Origin: an uncultured archaeon
GTDB lineage: Archaea; Asgardarchaeota; Heimdallarchaeia; Heimdallarchaeales; Heimdallarchaeaceae
Assembly (NCBI GenBank): GCA_964549075.1
Contig: CAZJUB010000078.1
Location: forward strand, 390 to 12,213
Reading direction: 5' to 3'
DNA length: 11,824 bases
Shown: positions 10,033-11,824 of the stretch, one piece after another
How positions within the stretch are numbered: position 1 is the first letter of the stretch
Layout of the letters: each line of letters starts with the position of its first letter
Position numbers and translations under genes: made by a program
The notes under the pieces: model-generated
The model's database searches: none
Told to the model about the DNA's origin: nothing
Seen by the model: the letters and a program-made list of their open reading frames with translations, nothing else

Positions 10033-11565
10033 ATGTTAATCTATATTATAAGCATGAAATTTCCTTCGAAAAGAAACCTCTCTATTATCTTTCTTATAGT
10101 TCTTCTTCTTACAATTCTGAAACAAACTAATATAAACACCTCTTACAATTCAATAATTAATAACGAACAACTTCTGCTAGATAATAGTATAGAACGGTTA
10201 TGTGTTATTACTCAGTTTATCCAAAATAATTCCTATATCCTTCATAGTCCTATTTCTATTTATGAAAACGATGATTTTATCTCATATGGTTTCCCAGGAA
10301 ATGGAACAGAAGAAGATCCATATAGAATTGAGAACTATAATATTACAACCAGTAATAGTTATGGAATTTTCATAAGTGGAACAACTGCGTTTTTTGTTGT
10401 TCAGCATTGTTTTATAGATGCAACAAGTTTTGGAATCAGAATAGCAGTCCACTCTCATACTGGGAGAATTTACGATAATATTTGTTTTAATATCACTACA
10501 GCTATTTATATTTCTGGTGGAAGTTCTGTTGTTGTTAACAATACTTGCTGTTATAATGAAAATGGCATTGTCGTTGATAATAGATACTCTGTTGTAAAAG
10601 ATAACCTCTGTTACAATAACACAAAAAGTGGTATTTATCTTGATAGACATTCGGATTTTACTGCAGTATTAAACAATGAAGTCTATTCCAACAAAGAAGG
10701 CATTCATTTAGAAGAGTCTCAAGAATGTAATATTTCACAGAACACTCTAAGTAGCAATTTTGAAGGAGGTATTCGCATTTATAAATCTCAGAATTCCTCC
10801 ATCTTAAGCAACATATTCACTAATGACAGCTTTGTAATAGAGTTTGGTCTTGATTTAAGATCCTCCATAAACTACACTATTGAAAATAATTTGGTAAATG
10901 GTAAACCTTTAGGTTTTTTTGCTAATTTAACTAAATTTACGATTTCTGAAGATTATGGGCAAATCTTAATGATTAACTGTACTAAAGGTATTATAGCTGA
11001 TCAGCATTTTTCTAATACTTTATATGGGATTAGTCTATTTGATTGCTCACAAATCCACATCAAAAACTGTTTCTTTGAGAGCAATTTTGGTTCAGGGATA
11101 AGAATTGAGTGGAGTCTCAGCCTTTTAATATACAGTAATAATTTTACTCGGAATTATATAGGTGTATTAGATCTTCAGGGCTCTAATCGAATAGTATACA
11201 ATAATTTCATTGAGAATGCAAATTATGCTATTTCTGCAATAATTAATCCACCAACTATCCACCATAATAATTTCATCGACAACAATCAAAATGGTAGTAC
11301 TCAAGCATATAGTGAATCCCCTCAAACTACGTGGTATGACAAATCAACATTAGAAGGTAATTATTGGAGCGATTGGGATGGGGAAGGAACATATAAAATA
11401 GGTAGTTCGTCTGACCTCTTTCCACTTTCTGAACCAGTAGAGATTTTTCCAACAGATCTGCCTTTAGCTTGGACTAAAACTGCTACAACTAGAACTTCAT
11501 TTCCGATAGAAATTCTATTATGTTTAGCTCTGTTTCCTTTTGTTTTTAAGAGAAGAAAGAATTAA
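10033..11565 (+). CDS. Right-handed parallel beta-helix (NosD/CASH-like) cell-surface protein with C-terminal membrane anchor
   Basis: N-terminal TM/signal (probable start ATG 10054), HSPISI...GFPGNGTEEDPYRIENYNI cap, many NxxxxNxxGIxL repeats, and GNYWSDW...DLFPL. It ends in a Thr-rich linker, a hydrophobic helix and KRRKN. Confidence 0.88.
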   Translation: MLIYIISMKFPSKRNLSIIFLIVLLLTILKQTNINTSYNSIINNEQLLLDNSIERLCVITQFIQNNSYILHSPISIYENDDFISYGFPGNGTEEDPYRIENYNITTSNSYGIFISGTTAFFVVQHCFIDATSFGIRIAVHSHTGRIYDNICFNITTAIYISGGSSVVVNNTCCYNENGIVVDNRYSVVKDNLCYNNTKSGIYLDRHSDFTAVLNNEVYSNKEGIHLEESQECNISQNTLSSNFEGGIRIYKSQNSSILSNIFTNDSFVIEFGLDLRSSINYTIENNLVNGKPLGFFANLTKFTISEDYGQILMINCTKGIIADQHFSNTLYGISLFDCSQIHIKNCFFESNFGSGIRIEWSLSLLIYSNNFTRNYIGVLDLQGSNRIVYNNFIENANYAISAIINPPTIHHNNFIDNNQNGSTQAYSESPQTTWYDKSTLEGNYWSDWDGEGTYKIGSSSDLFPLSEPVEIFPTDLPLAWTKTATTRTSFPIEILLCLALFPFVFKRRKN

Positions 11566-11673
11566 AATGAGATTCAGTAGTGAGTTATCAAGCATCATTA
11601 GCTTTTCCAAGCAAATAAATTGATAGGTAATCAGGATAATTAAATTAATTGTTATCACTAACAATCCATACCT

Positions 11674-11720
11674 ATAGACTCCGGGGTTCAAATCCCCGTC
11701 GTGGCTCCAAATCTTATTTT
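11674..11720 (+). repeat. attR-like 47-bp direct repeat (duplicated tRNA-Ser 3' fragment)
   Basis: Identical to 1703-1749. It lacks the acceptor 5' strand, D arm and anticodon arm, so it is a fragment rather than a tRNA gene. Confidence 0.95.
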
Positions 11721-11769
11721 ATTTGCCAATCTTCATCTTTAAAAAACCTTGATAGTATGTCCTCTTGGT

Positions 11770-11824
11770 ATGGACCCCGAGACAATTATAGAACTCAACC
11801 ATGGGGCTGGTGGTTCTCTTATGG
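11770..11824 (+). CDS. hypE: Start of hydrogenase maturation protein HypE (truncated by the window edge)
   Basis: Manual translation MDPETIIELNHGAGGSLM matches the HypE N-terminal motif IxLxHGxGGxxM. Only 18 codons are visible. Confidence 0.7.
   Translation, partial: MDPETIIELNHGAGGSLM

Larger units (their letters stand above)
1703..11720. mobile_element. Genomic island of about 10 kb integrated at the 3' end of tRNA-Ser(GCT); no integrase detected
   Basis: Bounded by perfect 47-bp direct repeats that contain the tRNA 3' end, the classic footprint of site-specific integration. It carries accessory-type cargo, and housekeeping-type genes (tRNA/5S and hypE) lie outside the repeats. Confidence 0.85.

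Noticed and set aside
1854-10650. Small alternative-frame ORFs (1854-2078, 3864-4070, 4752-4958, 6383-6616, 6580-6774, 6699-6890, 8657-8893, 9402-9620, 9848-10039, 10282-10650)
   Set aside because: They are nested in, antisense to or overlapping longer credible genes, and show no recognisable motifs, including no integrase catalytic residue pattern.
11674-11720. Second tRNA gene or split-tRNA half
   Set aside because: It begins inside the variable arm, has no visible leader complementary to a 5' half, and includes the same downstream trailer as the intact gene. It is best explained as an att duplication.

Overview
AT-rich archaeal chromosomal window. An Asgard/Heimdallarchaeia-like origin is inferred from gene types, the archaeal-type tRNA and the archaeal-type 5S structure, but is not proven. 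The left flank holds a partial DUF5752-like gene (-), a YccF-domain membrane protein gene and a flavodoxin-like gene (+). Next is the most striking feature: on the minus strand (about 1345-1524) lies a circularly permuted 5S rRNA gene. Its 3' half precedes its 5' half, the normal ends are joined by a UUCG loop closing helix I, and the new ends fall in helix III. These new ends sit inside a 10-bp terminal stem and a bulge-helix-bulge-like motif whose cleavage and ligation would restore a canonical 121-nt circular 5S. Divergent from it is tRNA-Ser(GCT) (1654-1738). Its 3' portion is duplicated as a 47-bp direct repeat at 11674-11720, delimiting a roughly 10-kb integrated island with no visible integrase. 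The island carries a winged-helix regulator, two large FtsX/MacB-type permeases, a LolD-like ABC ATPase and two secreted or surface proteins. The start of hypE follows the right att site.
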